A stretch of DNA of 63,747 bases, counting the filler, from Octopus bimaculoides (taxonomy: Eukaryota), in the NCBI RefSeq assembly GCF_001194135.2. It is 4 parts of 4 records of this genome, joined end to end, with 100 filler letters (N's around TTAATTAATTAA, not from the genome) between each part and the next. Parts side by side here need not be neighbours in the genome. Positions count along the whole stretch, not along the records: positions 1 to 30,526 come from NC_069009.1; 3 more parts are not named here. The stretch is one strand, 5' to 3'. This document shows, piece by piece, positions 15,106 through 24,621 of this stretch (the first letter of the stretch is position 1; every line of letters begins with the position of its first letter). Below the pieces are notes generated by a model. That model was given only the letters and a program-made list of their open reading frames with translations. It was not told the origin of the DNA and did not search any database. Made by a program: the position numbers and the translations under genes.

Positions 15106-15226
15106 GAAAACATTAATTATTTACAGATATACAATCAAAAAATAGGCAACTTACAACGCCTTTAATTCTTGCAGATTAACGAAGGATCCATTTGCAACAT
15201 TCGAGATCTGATTATTGGATAGATCT
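119..15226 (-). CDS. Adhesion GPCR copy A (partial): LRRs + Ly6/uPAR-like domain + HormR + GAIN; 11 visible exons
   Basis: Eleven exons with AG/GT boundaries, compatible phases and no internal stops. The second HormR exon is not visible (presumably in the gap 1252-2053). The 5' end is not seen (gap 15320-15419) and the 3' end lies left of the window. Confidence 0.88.
607..835 (-). CDS. Copy A exon, GAIN subdomain A ([12 protein letters not shown]...[10 protein letters not shown])
   Basis: 229 nt, tttttcgttacAG acceptor and GTAAAA donor, phase 1 to 2. Paralogue at 22434-22665. Confidence 0.88.
928..1251 (-). mobile_element. tRNA-derived SINE family 1, cut by a gap
   Basis: Near-identical to 6991-7359, 9223-9657 and 21040-21314. 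Absent from the homologous intron of copy B. Confidence 0.85.
2091..2248 (-). mobile_element. tRNA-derived SINE family 2 head
   Basis: Matches 3529-3675, 51436-51600 and 34920-35049 (GGTTCAGTCCCAC B-box-like motif). Confidence 0.85.
2413..2524 (-). CDS. Copy A exon, HormR domain first half ([36 protein letters not shown])
   Basis: 112 nt, ttttttcAG and GTTCGT, phase 1 to 2. Shows the C...WP.T......C...ATR.C HormR pattern. Confidence 0.88.
2626..2750. repeat. Compound (TAG)n(AAG)n microsatellite
   Basis: Seen directly. A (TAG)n lies at the homologous position of copy B (24568-24621). Confidence 0.95.
3022..3139. repeat. Minisatellite of ATGTATTAAC-type units
   Basis: Repeated atgtattaac/atatattaac/gtatgacagtattaac blocks. 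Confidence 0.85.
3529..3850 (+). mobile_element. SINE family 2 with tail ending in (GTAAAAGA)n
   Basis: Head as in the other family-2 copies; tail matches 34663-34830 in reverse. Confidence 0.85.
4667..4746 (+). mobile_element. SINE family 1 head only (tRNA-like A/B boxes)
   Basis: GGAGGCGCAATGGCCCAGTGGTTAGG...GGTTTCGATTCCC, as at 9223. Confidence 0.8.
4768..4811 (+). ncRNA. Hammerhead-ribozyme-like motif in a probable Penelope-type repeat
   Basis: ACAC-CTGATGA-A-GGCTG(10 nt)CAGCC-GAAA-cctt-GTGT: core, stem II and stem I are visible, but stem III and the cleavage triplet are non-canonical. Confidence 0.45.
5184..5660 (-). mobile_element. Tc1/mariner remnant
   Basis: TA-CAGGGTG terminus and a degenerate [14 protein letters not shown] (WPxRSPDLTPLDFFLW) motif on the minus strand near 5560-5625. 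Confidence 0.6.
5700..6700 (+). mobile_element. Helitron 5' fragment with RepHel N-terminus
   Basis: ATG near 6175 reads [19 protein letters not shown]...[26 protein letters not shown], like the N-terminal repeats of invertebrate Helitron ORFs. Boundaries approximate. Confidence 0.55.
6991..7359 (-). mobile_element. SINE family 1, near full length
   Basis: Matches 928-1251; has a deletion in the head. Confidence 0.85.
7520..7703 (-). CDS. Copy A exon, Ly6/uPAR-like domain second half (PVCQYKL...[17 protein letters not shown])
   Basis: 184 nt, phase 0 to 1, ending in the CCxxxLCN LU-domain signature. Confidence 0.88.
8319..8410 (-). CDS. Copy A exon, Ly6/uPAR-like domain first half ([30 protein letters not shown])
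   Basis: 92 nt, tctgtAG and GTAAGC, phase 1 to 0. Contains the CxxC start of the LU fold. Confidence 0.85.
9223..9657 (+). mobile_element. SINE family 1, full length
   Basis: tRNA-like head, body and GGAGTGCC tail. An internal duplication around the 10-N gap is artefactual. Confidence 0.85.
10718..10776 (-). CDS. Copy A linker exon closing the last LRR ([19 protein letters not shown])
   Basis: 59 nt, gtaaAG and GTAAAA. Its phase 2 to 1 bridges the phase-2 LRR exons to the phase-1 Ly6 exon. The same acceptor is kept in copy B at 27344. Confidence 0.65.
10959..11030 (-). CDS. Copy A LRR exon ([24 protein letters not shown])
   Basis: 72 nt, phase 2-2, ctttcAG and GTATGT, LxLxxNxI consensus. 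Confidence 0.88.
11815..12190 (-). mobile_element. Mariner transposase N-terminal remnant, co-duplicated with LRR exons (also about 13440-13830 and 30185-30400)
   Basis: Minus strand reads [25 protein letters not shown]...ELNEDDLQ...[14 protein letters not shown] (mariner HTH region). Confidence 0.7.
12307..12378 (-). CDS. Copy A LRR exon ([24 protein letters not shown])
   Basis: 72 nt, phase 2-2, ctcacAG and GTAAGT. Confidence 0.9.
12580..12648 (-). CDS. Copy A LRR exon ([23 protein letters not shown])
   Basis: 69 nt (one codon shorter), phase 2-2, cttacAG and GTAAGC. Confidence 0.88.
12935..13143 (-). mobile_element. SINE family 3 (AAGGCGGCGAGCTGGCAGAA head), degraded; homologue at about 11420-11510
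   Basis: Similar to the copies at 31550-31756 and 53660-53874. Confidence 0.7.
13980..14051 (-). CDS. Copy A LRR exon ([24 protein letters not shown])
   Basis: 72 nt, phase 2-2, tttacAG and GTAAGT. Confidence 0.9.
15155..15226 (-). CDS. Copy A LRR exon ([24 protein letters not shown])
   Basis: 72 nt, phase 2-2, ttttacAG and GTAAGT. Confidence 0.9.
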
Positions 15227-15562
15227 CTGTAAAATAAAAGAGAAATGAAAAAGTATAAAACAAAATACCTTTGTGATGAAATATTAAGTATCATATGTAA
15301 TTAAATGCAGGAAGAGAAGNNNNNNNNNNNNNNNNNNNNNNNNNNNNNNNNNNNNNNNNNNNNNNNNNNNNNNNNNNNNNNNNNNNNNNNNNNNNNNNNN
15401 NNNNNNNNNNNNNNNNNNNAATATTTATAGAATTATTAGAATAATTTGGAAACAGCTACAACATGGACTCTTACTGGATGAAATTTATTTAAGTTACTAG
15501 ACTTTTTTCATAAATTTTATATAAAACAAAATATGCACTGGTTTAAATGAGTTTTCACTTAC

Positions 15563-15686
15563 CTTACAAACAGCTGTTAGTTTTGTACTATACTCTTGGA
15601 ACCCAGCAAGAAAGATTAAATAAGTGACAGCTAAAGAAATGCACAAATTTACTAAAATCTTGGAAGCCATTAATTTCCATAGATTT
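15563..15686 (-). pseudogene. Copy B exon, ICL1-TM2 (NLWKLMASKILVNLCISLAVTYLIFLAGFQEYSTKLTAVCK)
   Basis: 124 nt, gcAG and GTAAGT, phase 2 to 0. Typical aGPCR TM2 motif (I..NLC.SL....LIFL.G). Confidence 0.88.
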
Positions 15687-15984
15687 CTGCATTAATAAAA
15701 AAAGAAAGAATAATATTACATTTAATTAATATAAACCTAAAAGAATTTGCTCAATGCACCAAAAGTTAATTACAACTGTGTGTATCGGTGATGATCATTC
15801 GAAATATAAATTATATGTGAAATATGTATTTAGAATTTGTATATATACATGGTGTATAATAGCTGTGTATAATAGTCTGTATGAGATATAAAACATTATG
15901 TTTATTGTTTATTGTGCTGACTGGGTAGGTTTTGTTGTTTATGATAGTAGTTCATAAAAAGAAAATAGAAATTGAAATACTTAC

Positions 15985-16106
15985 TTTGAATAAACATGAA
16001 TTGTTACAGTCAGAATGAGACAGACAAATGATATTCCGCAGCCAATGTTAGAAATAATAGACAAGAGTTCTTTATTTTTTACATCTCCTTCATTCTGGTA
16101 AACATC
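15985..16106 (-). pseudogene. Copy B exon, TM1 (DVYQNEGDVKNKELLSIISNIGCGISFVCLILTVTIHVYS)
   Basis: 122 nt, ttgcAG and GTAAGT. Typical aGPCR TM1 motif (L..IS.IGCGIS..CL.LT). Confidence 0.9.
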
Positions 16107-17229
16107 CTGCAATAGAAACAAACGACAACGTATTAGCTCCTCTTTTTCTTATCTTATTCCTTTCTTATATACTAGTCGATACTTATATAAATTATGAGTG
16201 TTCATATAGGCGGGAGCCATCTTCTATTACATGATACTTAATTCCAATATGAAGCATCGCTATCTTTATAATGTATGTAAGCGACGTCTGCGTTCAGGTA
16301 CAATATACCATCAGCGTTTAAATCTTGAGTTCAAATTCACTGAAGGTATATCTTATTATATGTTATCAGTACAACTAATTCAATGAAACCATCCGTTAAC
16401 TGAGGACTGACGTATGACGTGCAATATAAGATGAATAGTTACCTAGATATATTAAAAGTATGAAATTGGAATTATTTTGGTAATAAAAACAATAGAAACG
16501 AAAACAGTAATAAAGACAATTGAGTTGAGTCAGTAATATTCCTGAAAACACTGACAATGAAAGCAACAACATCCGTGACTTGATTATTTAATCTGCGTCA
16601 TTGTGATGTCAGGTGATAGTAGAACCAGTATGGAGTGAACTAACATATTGGGTGAGTTCAAGTCTTCGCTTTGGCTAAAATATGTATAATATATAGGGCT
16701 ATGTTTTTGTCATATATGGTTAATAGAAGTGTTTTAAAAACTGATAAATATTGGATACATGTGCATTATTGACACAAAGTTTCAGGTAAATGTGAGGAGG
16801 GATCTTGTAAGAGAATCATGAAGCGACCAATGATTTTAAAATCTAAGCTGCAAACATTTCTATTGTGCTATGGAGATCTATTGTATATTAAATATCTATT
16901 AGTTAGAATAACATTCTGATAATTTCAACGCAATAGATATTAAATCCAGGAGAGATGACTGTTTCTGTCCTTCACATCCGTGTTGGAAGAAATCTTACGC
17001 ATTTTATTGAGGATGGTGACTTGGTGCCCCTAACGGACCCCATCGTGAGTTTAAACTAATAAACAGCAGCCGCAGCAGCAAGAACAACAGTGACTTATTA
17101 CATAATATCACTGTCATATATCTACTAAAATATCCACCAACATGAAGTTTAATAGTTATTGAAATTATTTACCCATAGGCACAATTGCCAATTTACGGGC
17201 AATTAACAACATGTCATAATGTTACCAAC

Positions 17230-17370
17230 CATTAGTATAGCAAAACTTGTAAGATGTTAATAGAAACACAATACTTTCTTCCCAGGTACATAGTTGGATA
17301 TGTCACAGCCTTTTGTCGACCAATGTTCAGAGGATTTATCCCAATAGACACATTGTGGATTGGTGGCATT
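17230..17370 (-). pseudogene. Copy B GPS exon (NATNPQCVYWDKSSEHWSTKGCDISNYVPGKKVLCFY*HLTSFAILM)
   Basis: 141 nt, phase 0-0. C-W-W-GC-C and HL/TSFAILM motifs, with an in-frame TAA at 17257-17259. Confidence 0.9.
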
Positions 17371-17861
17371 CTGGAAAAAATTTAAATTCTGATATTTTAA
17401 TCAAATAATTAAAATACATATAATGAATCTTTACTAAACTATGTTTATAAATGTTTAATTATTATTGACACTGTGAACGTATATATCTATGTATATTCTC
17501 CTAATTTATACTGCATCACCATAACAATGAAAGAAGCGATTAGTTCTAGAAATGTTTAATGAACAATTAAATGTCATGATGTTCACAGCTGTAATGTGTT
17601 TTATAATAGGTCTACAGGGTCAAGCATGGCATGAAGGTAAACAACAAGCACAAGATAAAGAACAGCAACAACAACAATAACAACGGTCAACGAAATCTCA
17701 AAGAAATTAACTAAATTCAAAATACACAGCGGCAATCAAGGAAAGCAATATACATATTAAACCAATATACTGGCGATACTAAAATACAACACAAATAACT
17801 GAAAACATGTCCATGACACACATTATAAAGATACAGTTATAATTGTCACTTGCAACAGCTA

Positions 17862-17960
17862 AAACAACAACAACTACTGCTACAACTACTACTGCTACAA
17901 CTACTATTGCTACAACTACTACTGCTACAACTACTATTGCTACAACTACTACTTCTACTA
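17862..17960. repeat. 15-bp ACAACTACTA(C/T)TGCT minisatellite
   Basis: About five tandem units seen directly. Confidence 0.9.
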
Positions 17961-18067
17961 TTTGTAACGCCGTGGTTCATGTCTATTTCAGGTGGAATGA
18001 AGTATTACCTTGAAATGAAAAGAAACAGCAAGAACAACAACAGTTATAATAAATAGATAGTTATTAC

Positions 18068-18202
18068 CGGAACTATTACATGGAATGATATTTTAATTGG
18101 TTCATCAAGATTGGTAACTGGTTCGTGAACGTTAAGAATATTTACAGCAATAATATGGCTGTTAATTTTAGGATTTGTTTTGGTACTGGACATTTTCATT
18201 AC
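18068..18202 (-). pseudogene. Copy B GAIN exon (VMKMSSTKTNPKINSHIIAVNILNVHEPVTNLDEPIKISFHVIVP)
   Basis: 135 nt, phase 0-0. INS.IIA...V.NL.EP+.ISF GAIN-B motif. Confidence 0.88.
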
Positions 18203-19129
18203 CTATAAAGAGAAATCGTTAAATGAATTAATTTGATTCATAGAAGTGTTTATCACTACCATGTTAAAGCATGAAACCAGCTTTGTTGTCCTTAGACATA
18301 ATTGCTTCAGTCAGTACAACAACTCAGCACAATATATATTAGATGGAAATTCACAGCTGAGGGTTGTCCTTGCTTTAAGAAATGGATAATTTGGTTTTAC
18401 ATCCAAATTGTTAGCAATAACAGTTGCTGGTATGACTGTCTACTTAAGAAAGTCTCTTGGTTATCAACGTCTCCTGTGTTCAAAATCCTTAGATATTCAC
18501 CTTGGGACAAGTGATTTCGACAACAGCTTCTGGTTGACAAGAATATTGTGAGAGGAATTTGGTGGCTGAAACTGTTGAAGGGCACGCTTGTGAATATATA
18601 TANNNNNNNNNNNNNNNNNNNNNNNNNNNNNNNNNNNNNNNNNNNNNNNNNNNNNNNNNNNNNNNNNNNNNNNNNNNNNNNNNNNNNNNNNNNNNNNNNN
18701 NNNNNNNNNNNNNNNNNNNNNNNNNNNNNNNNNNNNNNNNNNNNNNNNNNNNNNNNNNNNNNNNNNNNNNNNNNNNNNNNNNNNNNNNNNNNNNNNNNNN
18801 NNNNNNNNNNNNNNNNNNNNNNNNNNNNNNNNNNNNNNNNNNNNNNNNNNNNNNNNNNNNNNNNNNNNNNNNNNNNNNNNNNNNNNNNNNNNNNNNNNNN
18901 NNNNNNNNNNNNNNNNNNNNNNNNNNNNNNNNNNNNNNNNNNNNNNNNNNNNNNNNNNNNNNNNNNNNNNNNNNNNNNNNNNNNNNNNNNNNNNNNNNNN
19001 NNNNNNNNNNNNNNNNNNNNNNNNNNNNTGTGTGTGTGTGTGTGTGTGTATGTGTACAAGGTGAGAAAAAGTGAACGTACGGCGCTACATGTACGTATAA
19101 TTCGATAAAATGGAAAAATAACAAAATGA

Positions 19130-19640
19130 CGAACGGGGAAAACAAGCACGAGTCCTTCGTGGCCTTCTTTCCTCAGTCAAGTTTCCAGATTATCCTTGGC
19201 AATTTCACTGAAGAAAGAAGACCACGAAGGACCAGTCCTTGTTTTTTTCTGTCCGTCTTTTTGTTATTTTTCCTGTCCATCCTCATATCGTCTATCTGCC
19301 CGGATTTTTATTGTCGTCTGTTGCGTTCTTGCATATAAATGTACCGTGCACACAGGGGAGGGGTCCTTATGTTTACATTGGGCAGACGGCTGATTCATTT
19401 AAGAATCGTTATCGTAACCATATTGCCAGCTTTAAAACAATCAATAAGAGACATCCAACATCTTTGGCAGATTTTATATGGCGCCTGAAGGAGAGTAAAA
19501 TGAAGCACAACATTGATTGGTCTATAGTTATACATGCAAAACCATACAATATAATTTCCAGGAGATGCCGTCTCTGCTCCGAGGAATCTCTCTGTATTCT
19601 ATGGATAATTAATAGAGAAGATAATTAATAGAGAAGATAA
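19130..19640 (+). mobile_element. Penelope-like element fragment, GIY-YIG endonuclease C-terminus
   Basis: YVYIGQTADSFKNRYRNHIASFK...TSLADFIWRLKE...IDWSIV...PYNIISRRCRLCSEE. Confidence 0.85.
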
Positions 19641-20078
19641 TTAATAGAATTTCTGAACGACCCTCGAGTTGCCTACATGCATATAAATGCACTTTCGCAC
19701 AATGCAGTGAGAATGAGTCTTTCAGTAACCGTTAACTTAATTTAATTTACTTTAAGGTATGGATGACTTAAGTTTACTTTTAACCTCCCCATTCTTATAA
19801 ACACCAAGTAAATAGCTAACTCACTTTGTGATCATGAGCGCACCAAACCTCACGTGTGGATATGCTCACATTTTTGCTGCAGCTTGTATGAGCGTCTGTA
19901 CTCGTGCCGTGCAGCTTGCCCGAGGGTGTTTATACATCCATATCTGTTAATGGTTATATACATATAAACATTGGTAATTGTATTAGTATTGTTTCTTCCA
20001 TTATCAAAAATGTATGAATGAATTCAAACAACTTTTAGTTAACCAGAAAAAAGAAATATTTCTATTCTTGTATCCTAC

Positions 20079-20216
20079 CCTATATAGCTTATCGTCACGC
20101 AAACTGATCATGGAAATCCTTAAAAAGTTTGACCGTTCTTCGTCTTTCAGATGTCTTAATAAACTCTTTGGTAAAGAAATGAAGTCCATCATATCATCGA
20201 CTTGTGAATTGTGTAT
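20079..20216 (-). pseudogene. Copy B GAIN exon (IHNSQVDDMMDFISLPKSLLRHLKDEERSNFLRISMISLRDDKLYR)
   Basis: 138 nt, phase 0-0. ISLP.SL GAIN motif. Confidence 0.88.
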
Positions 20217-21039
20217 CTGGTGGAGGAAAATGGAAAAAAAAAATTAAATTGATACTTAAAAGAAAAACACTTCTACGACTGAATTTTGTTGACGTCATAA
20301 AGATTTTTATAATCTTATGACAGAACATGAAGTGAAGTAATTNNNNNNNNNNNNNNNNNNNNNNNNNNNNNNNNNNNNNNNNNNNNNNNNNNNNNNNNNN
20401 NNNNNNNNNNNNNNNNNNNNNNNNNNNNNNNNNNNNNNNNNNNNNNNNNNNNNNNNNNNNNNNNNNNNNNNNNNNNNNNNNNNNNNNNNNNNNNNNNNNN
20501 NNNNNNNNNNNNNNNNNNNNNNNNNNNNNNNNNNNNNNNNNNNNNNNNNNNNNNNNNNNNNNNNNNNNNNNNNNNNNNNNNNNNNNNNNNNNNNNNNNNN
20601 NNNNNNNNNNNNNNNNNNNNNNNNNNNNNNNNNNNNNNNNNNNNNNNNNNNNNNNNNNNNNNNNNNNNNNNNNNNNNNNNNNNNNNNNNNNNNNNNNNNN
20701 NNNNNNNNNNNNNNNNNNNNNNNNNNNNNNNNNNNNNNNNNNNNNNNNNNNNNNNNNNNNNNNNNNNNNNNNNNNNNNNNNNNNNNNNNNNNNNNNNNNN
20801 NNNNNNNNNNNNNNNNNNNNNNNNNNNNNNNNNNNNNNNNNNNNNNNNNNNNNNNNNNNNNNNNNNNNNNNNNNNNNNNNNNNNNNNNNNNNNNNNNNNN
20901 NNNNNNNNNNNNNNNNNNNNNNNNNNNNNNNNNNNNNNNNNNNNNNNNNNNNNNNNNNNNNNNNNNNNNNNNNNNNNNNNNNNNNNNNNNNNNNNNNNNN
21001 NNNNNNNNNNNNNNNNNNNNNNNNNNNNNNNNNNNNNNN

Positions 21040-21314
21040 ACCCTTAACGTAGTTCTCGGGGATATTCAGCGTGACACAGAGTGTGACAAGGCTGACCCTT
21101 TGAATTACAGGCACAACAGAAACAGGAAGAAAGAGTGAGAGAAAGTTGTGGTGGAAGAGTACAGCAGGGTTCGCCACCATCCCCTACCGGAGCCTCGTGG
21201 AGCTTTTAGGTGTTTTCACTCAATAAACACTCACAACGCCCGGTCTGGGAATCGAAACCGCGATCCTATGATCGCGAGTCCGCTGCCCTAACCACTGGGC
21301 CATTGCGCCTCTAC
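21040..21314 (-). mobile_element. SINE family 1, cut by a gap
   Basis: Matches 9223-9500 in reverse. Confidence 0.85.
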
Positions 21315-21855
21315 GTTTATATAGATACGTTTCCGCTTTTAGGAACAGTTCAAGACCCAAAACTTCACAGTAAAATAGTGATAAAGATGTATGTAAACTA
21401 TTATTGACTGGATGGTTACATATTTATTTGTGGTTTATATTTGTTCATGTAGTTTCCCTGTGTCAATTTAAGACGGTGAGATGACAATCTTCAATCTTTA
21501 CCTTCCATGATCAAATTTCACCGATGTCAACTTTGCCTTTCATTCTTTCTGGCTCAGGGAAATGTATCACTGAAGTCCTGGGGTCAAATGTAATTGACAC
21601 TACCCACTCAACAAAATTCAGACAGTGTCCTTGTAGTAGGAAAGATTACTATGGTAGCGTTATTGCAAAGTTATATAATTTGTGTGCTGCGTATATTATT
21701 ATATTTTGTATTTCAATTGCAATCTCTATCGAGCTTTGTAACATAACTACTTTATGTGACTATAAAAACATTATATTTCATCCTAATATATTTTATTAAC
21801 TTGGCTGTTTAAAAGAAACAGTTAATAAGAGAGTAGTCAAGAGAAAGTATTGTAC

Positions 21856-22027
21856 CTCACTCCTTGGTTCCGTTTCATTGATTCCAAATGAAACAGCATA
21901 GACCAGACCATTTAAAGTGTCCCGCTCCACTTTGGCAGCACCAATAGCAAGATTAGAATATGGAGCTGTGACTTGCTGCTCTTCCAGTGGAACATTTTCT
22001 GCGATTGTTTCTATAACGTCCAGCATT
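21856..22027 (-). pseudogene. Copy B GAIN exon (MLDVIETIAENVPLEEQQ...NETEPRSE)
   Basis: 172 nt; paralogue of 119-290. Confidence 0.88.
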
Positions 22028-22433
22028 CTGCGGAAAGATGAAGAAATCAAGTTTCAATTGAGAGCATGTTTTCATTACCTAATTAGCTACAGGTGTAATT
22101 ACACTAATTATATTGATTAAAAATTTTTTTCACATGACTATTGTTAATGTTGCTTCTGTCGTTGTTACTGTTATTGCTAATACTGATTCCACAACATCAC
22201 CACCGCCACCGCAACAATAACCACCACTACCAACACCATCACCACCACCACCAACAACAACAACAACAGCAAGAATAACGAGTACTACTACTACAATATT
22301 ACTCCTACTACTACCACAGCTGCTACTGCCGCCACCGCTGCACCCACCACTGCTGCTGCCGCTGCCGCCACCGCTGCAGTTGCTACTGCTACTGCTGCTA
22401 CTGCACTAACAACAAATGTGATCTTAATTTTAC

Positions 22434-22665
22434 TTGTTGACACTTCTGTCAGACTGTTCTGCCACAGTCAAAATCTCCTCCGTTATGTTTATCATATTGT
22501 TGATACTAGGAAGAACATTGTTCAGTGTTATATTGACGGACACATTTGATGTCAATGGCACCATTTTCTCAAGTGTGTCTACAGCCAAGTCAATATCTTC
22601 TTCTCTGAAATACGCTGATTGCTGTGAAATATTCAGGAGCTTTGCTGAAAACTCCTCAACATTCC
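22434..22665 (-). pseudogene. Copy B GAIN-A exon (GNVEEFSAKLLNISQQ...AEQSDRSVN)
   Basis: 232 nt, phase 1 to 2; paralogue of 607-835. Confidence 0.88.
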
Positions 22666-23852
22666 CTACAATGGAATATTTGAAATAAAATTTAAGGTAA
22701 TTTACATCCGCTTTGAGACGAAATATTAGATGCTAATTAAACACAACAGAACAATTAATGAATCATTGGAGTTGATTAACAACTCCAACTTAATGTAGTG
22801 CAGAAATTGCTAAATATGTTCAGTTCATCAGTTGTATACTTATTGTTATACATCCTTACTGTCTCCTACTTTGTAGTATTAAATGGAATCGTTTATAGTT
22901 CGAGTATGACATACTTGAATGTGGGAGTCATTGATATCCAATGAGCTGTAATACATCAGCCTTCATAAAGAGTAGTTACTCTGGACGAAATTATTCTTTC
23001 AATGACAAAATAAAAAACGGGTCGTAGTTCTAATACTTAATATTGTTCAGTCTTCCTCAAGGCCATATGAAAAAATCTCAGCATTTCAGGCTCATGGAAA
23101 TATTTTAAATTTTATGGTGTTACAGCAAAAGATGAAAGGGATAAATTGCTCATATTCTATGGTACGCAACTATGTAGACTGCATCATTGAACATTTACAT
23201 ATTTTACAACCATCAACATAACGTAATGTATTTACAAAGATTTGAACCGACATTATCTCTATCAATTTCTGGTTGGGACGTCGTAATTCGTTACGCAACC
23301 ATAATATGCAACCAAGAACATGAAGAACTTTATAAGTCAATGGTGAGTTCTATCGTGTTAGCAGTGCTATTAAATAACATTCTAAAGTTATTTCTACTGA
23401 AACTGAAATTAGATTTTTCGTATACGAAATGTCGTAATAAATCATTACTGGTTCAACTTTCTATAAAAAAAAACCTGTAGAGATAACTTTAAAAAGTGAT
23501 TATCTCTATTGTTTTCTACTTCTTCATTTCCGTGGCCATTCTACAAAAAGTCATTAAAAATGTTAACGATATACTAATAAATTCAAATCTAAGTATTAAC
23601 TTCTGTCATAACCTTTCCGTAACGGATTCTAATTGATCCACCATTGGAGAACATGAACACATGATCTGAGAGCTCAAAAGGAAAATTACGACGTATTACT
23701 ACTTGGTAGATAACTTTAATCGTAAACATATACACATACACACATACAGTTGATCGTAATGAACACTCATACAAAGACATACACATTCATCTTGCTCCTG
23801 AAACTATTAATAAATCTACTATAAGAGTATTTCGAAACCGTCTTTTACTCAC

Positions 23853-24021
23853 CCTTATCAATGTCTTCACTTGTGATGTTCTTTAGTTGTCGAGTTATCC
23901 ACTCGGTATTGAAACACTGAGACATGTTTGGCTTTAGCCAGATACCGGTAAATGGCGAACACTTTCGTAATGTCATATATTGACTTGTTGTCATTTCTTG
24001 TATGCTACCGTTCTGGAAGAA
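23853..24021 (-). pseudogene. Copy B HormR second exon (...KCSPFTGIWLKPNMSQCFNTEWITRQLKNITSEDIDK), frameshifted
   Basis: ttttcAG and GTGAGT boundaries. 169 nt is incompatible with phase 2 to 1; the incoming frame reads CSSRTVAYKK*. Confidence 0.8.
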
Positions 24022-24331
24022 CTGAAAAATTTTTATCAAATATGTCTCATCGTTTTATTTCATCAATCACACTGGAATGCAAGAATTACGTTGATCTGGT
24101 TGTAAATTGTTCTTATAATCTAGTTGATGTAGTTAGACCAAGGTAAAAATTATGTCACATTCTATATAAAATGGAAGACACCAGTGTTAAATGATTTGAA
24201 CTGACGGACATTAATTCTATAATCTTAATCTTTGTAGGCGTTTTATTTAGTATACTGTGTAACATTCTCTCACAAAGAGATTAAAGTGAAAACTTCAAAA
24301 TTTGTGAAGAGAGAAACCAATACAAACGAAC

Positions 24332-24443
24332 CAGTGTCTTGTTGCTATGTTTGCATGGCATCGAATCGTCGCATTAGTTCCTACTTTTGTCATTGGCCAA
24401 TTGAATGTACCATTGTAAGTTGATGTGTCTTCATTACAAAACA
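24332..24443 (-). pseudogene. Copy B HormR first exon (FCNEDTSTYNGTFNWPMTKVGTNATIRCHANIATRH)
   Basis: 112 nt; paralogue of 2413-2524. Confidence 0.88.
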
Positions 24444-24567
24444 CTGAAAAAGATACAAAACGAAGATATGAGATATACATGAGAGAAGACTTTAGTGTAA
24501 TTTATATAATAAAAATACAGGGATATTTGTAAAGGTAAGTGATTAAGTAATTGTATTTTAATCAAAT

Positions 24568-24621
<54 letters not shown>

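Noticed and set aside
18501-18565. Candidate minus-strand exon ATKFLSQYSCQPEAVVEITCPK (lectin-like)
   Set aside because: 65 nt lying in a phase-0 intron between consecutive GAIN exons, so it would frameshift; all three frames are open by chance.
928-21314. CRISPR-like or regularly spaced repeat array
   Set aside because: The recurring sequences are dispersed SINE copies and paralogous introns in a eukaryotic context, with no repeat-spacer periodicity.
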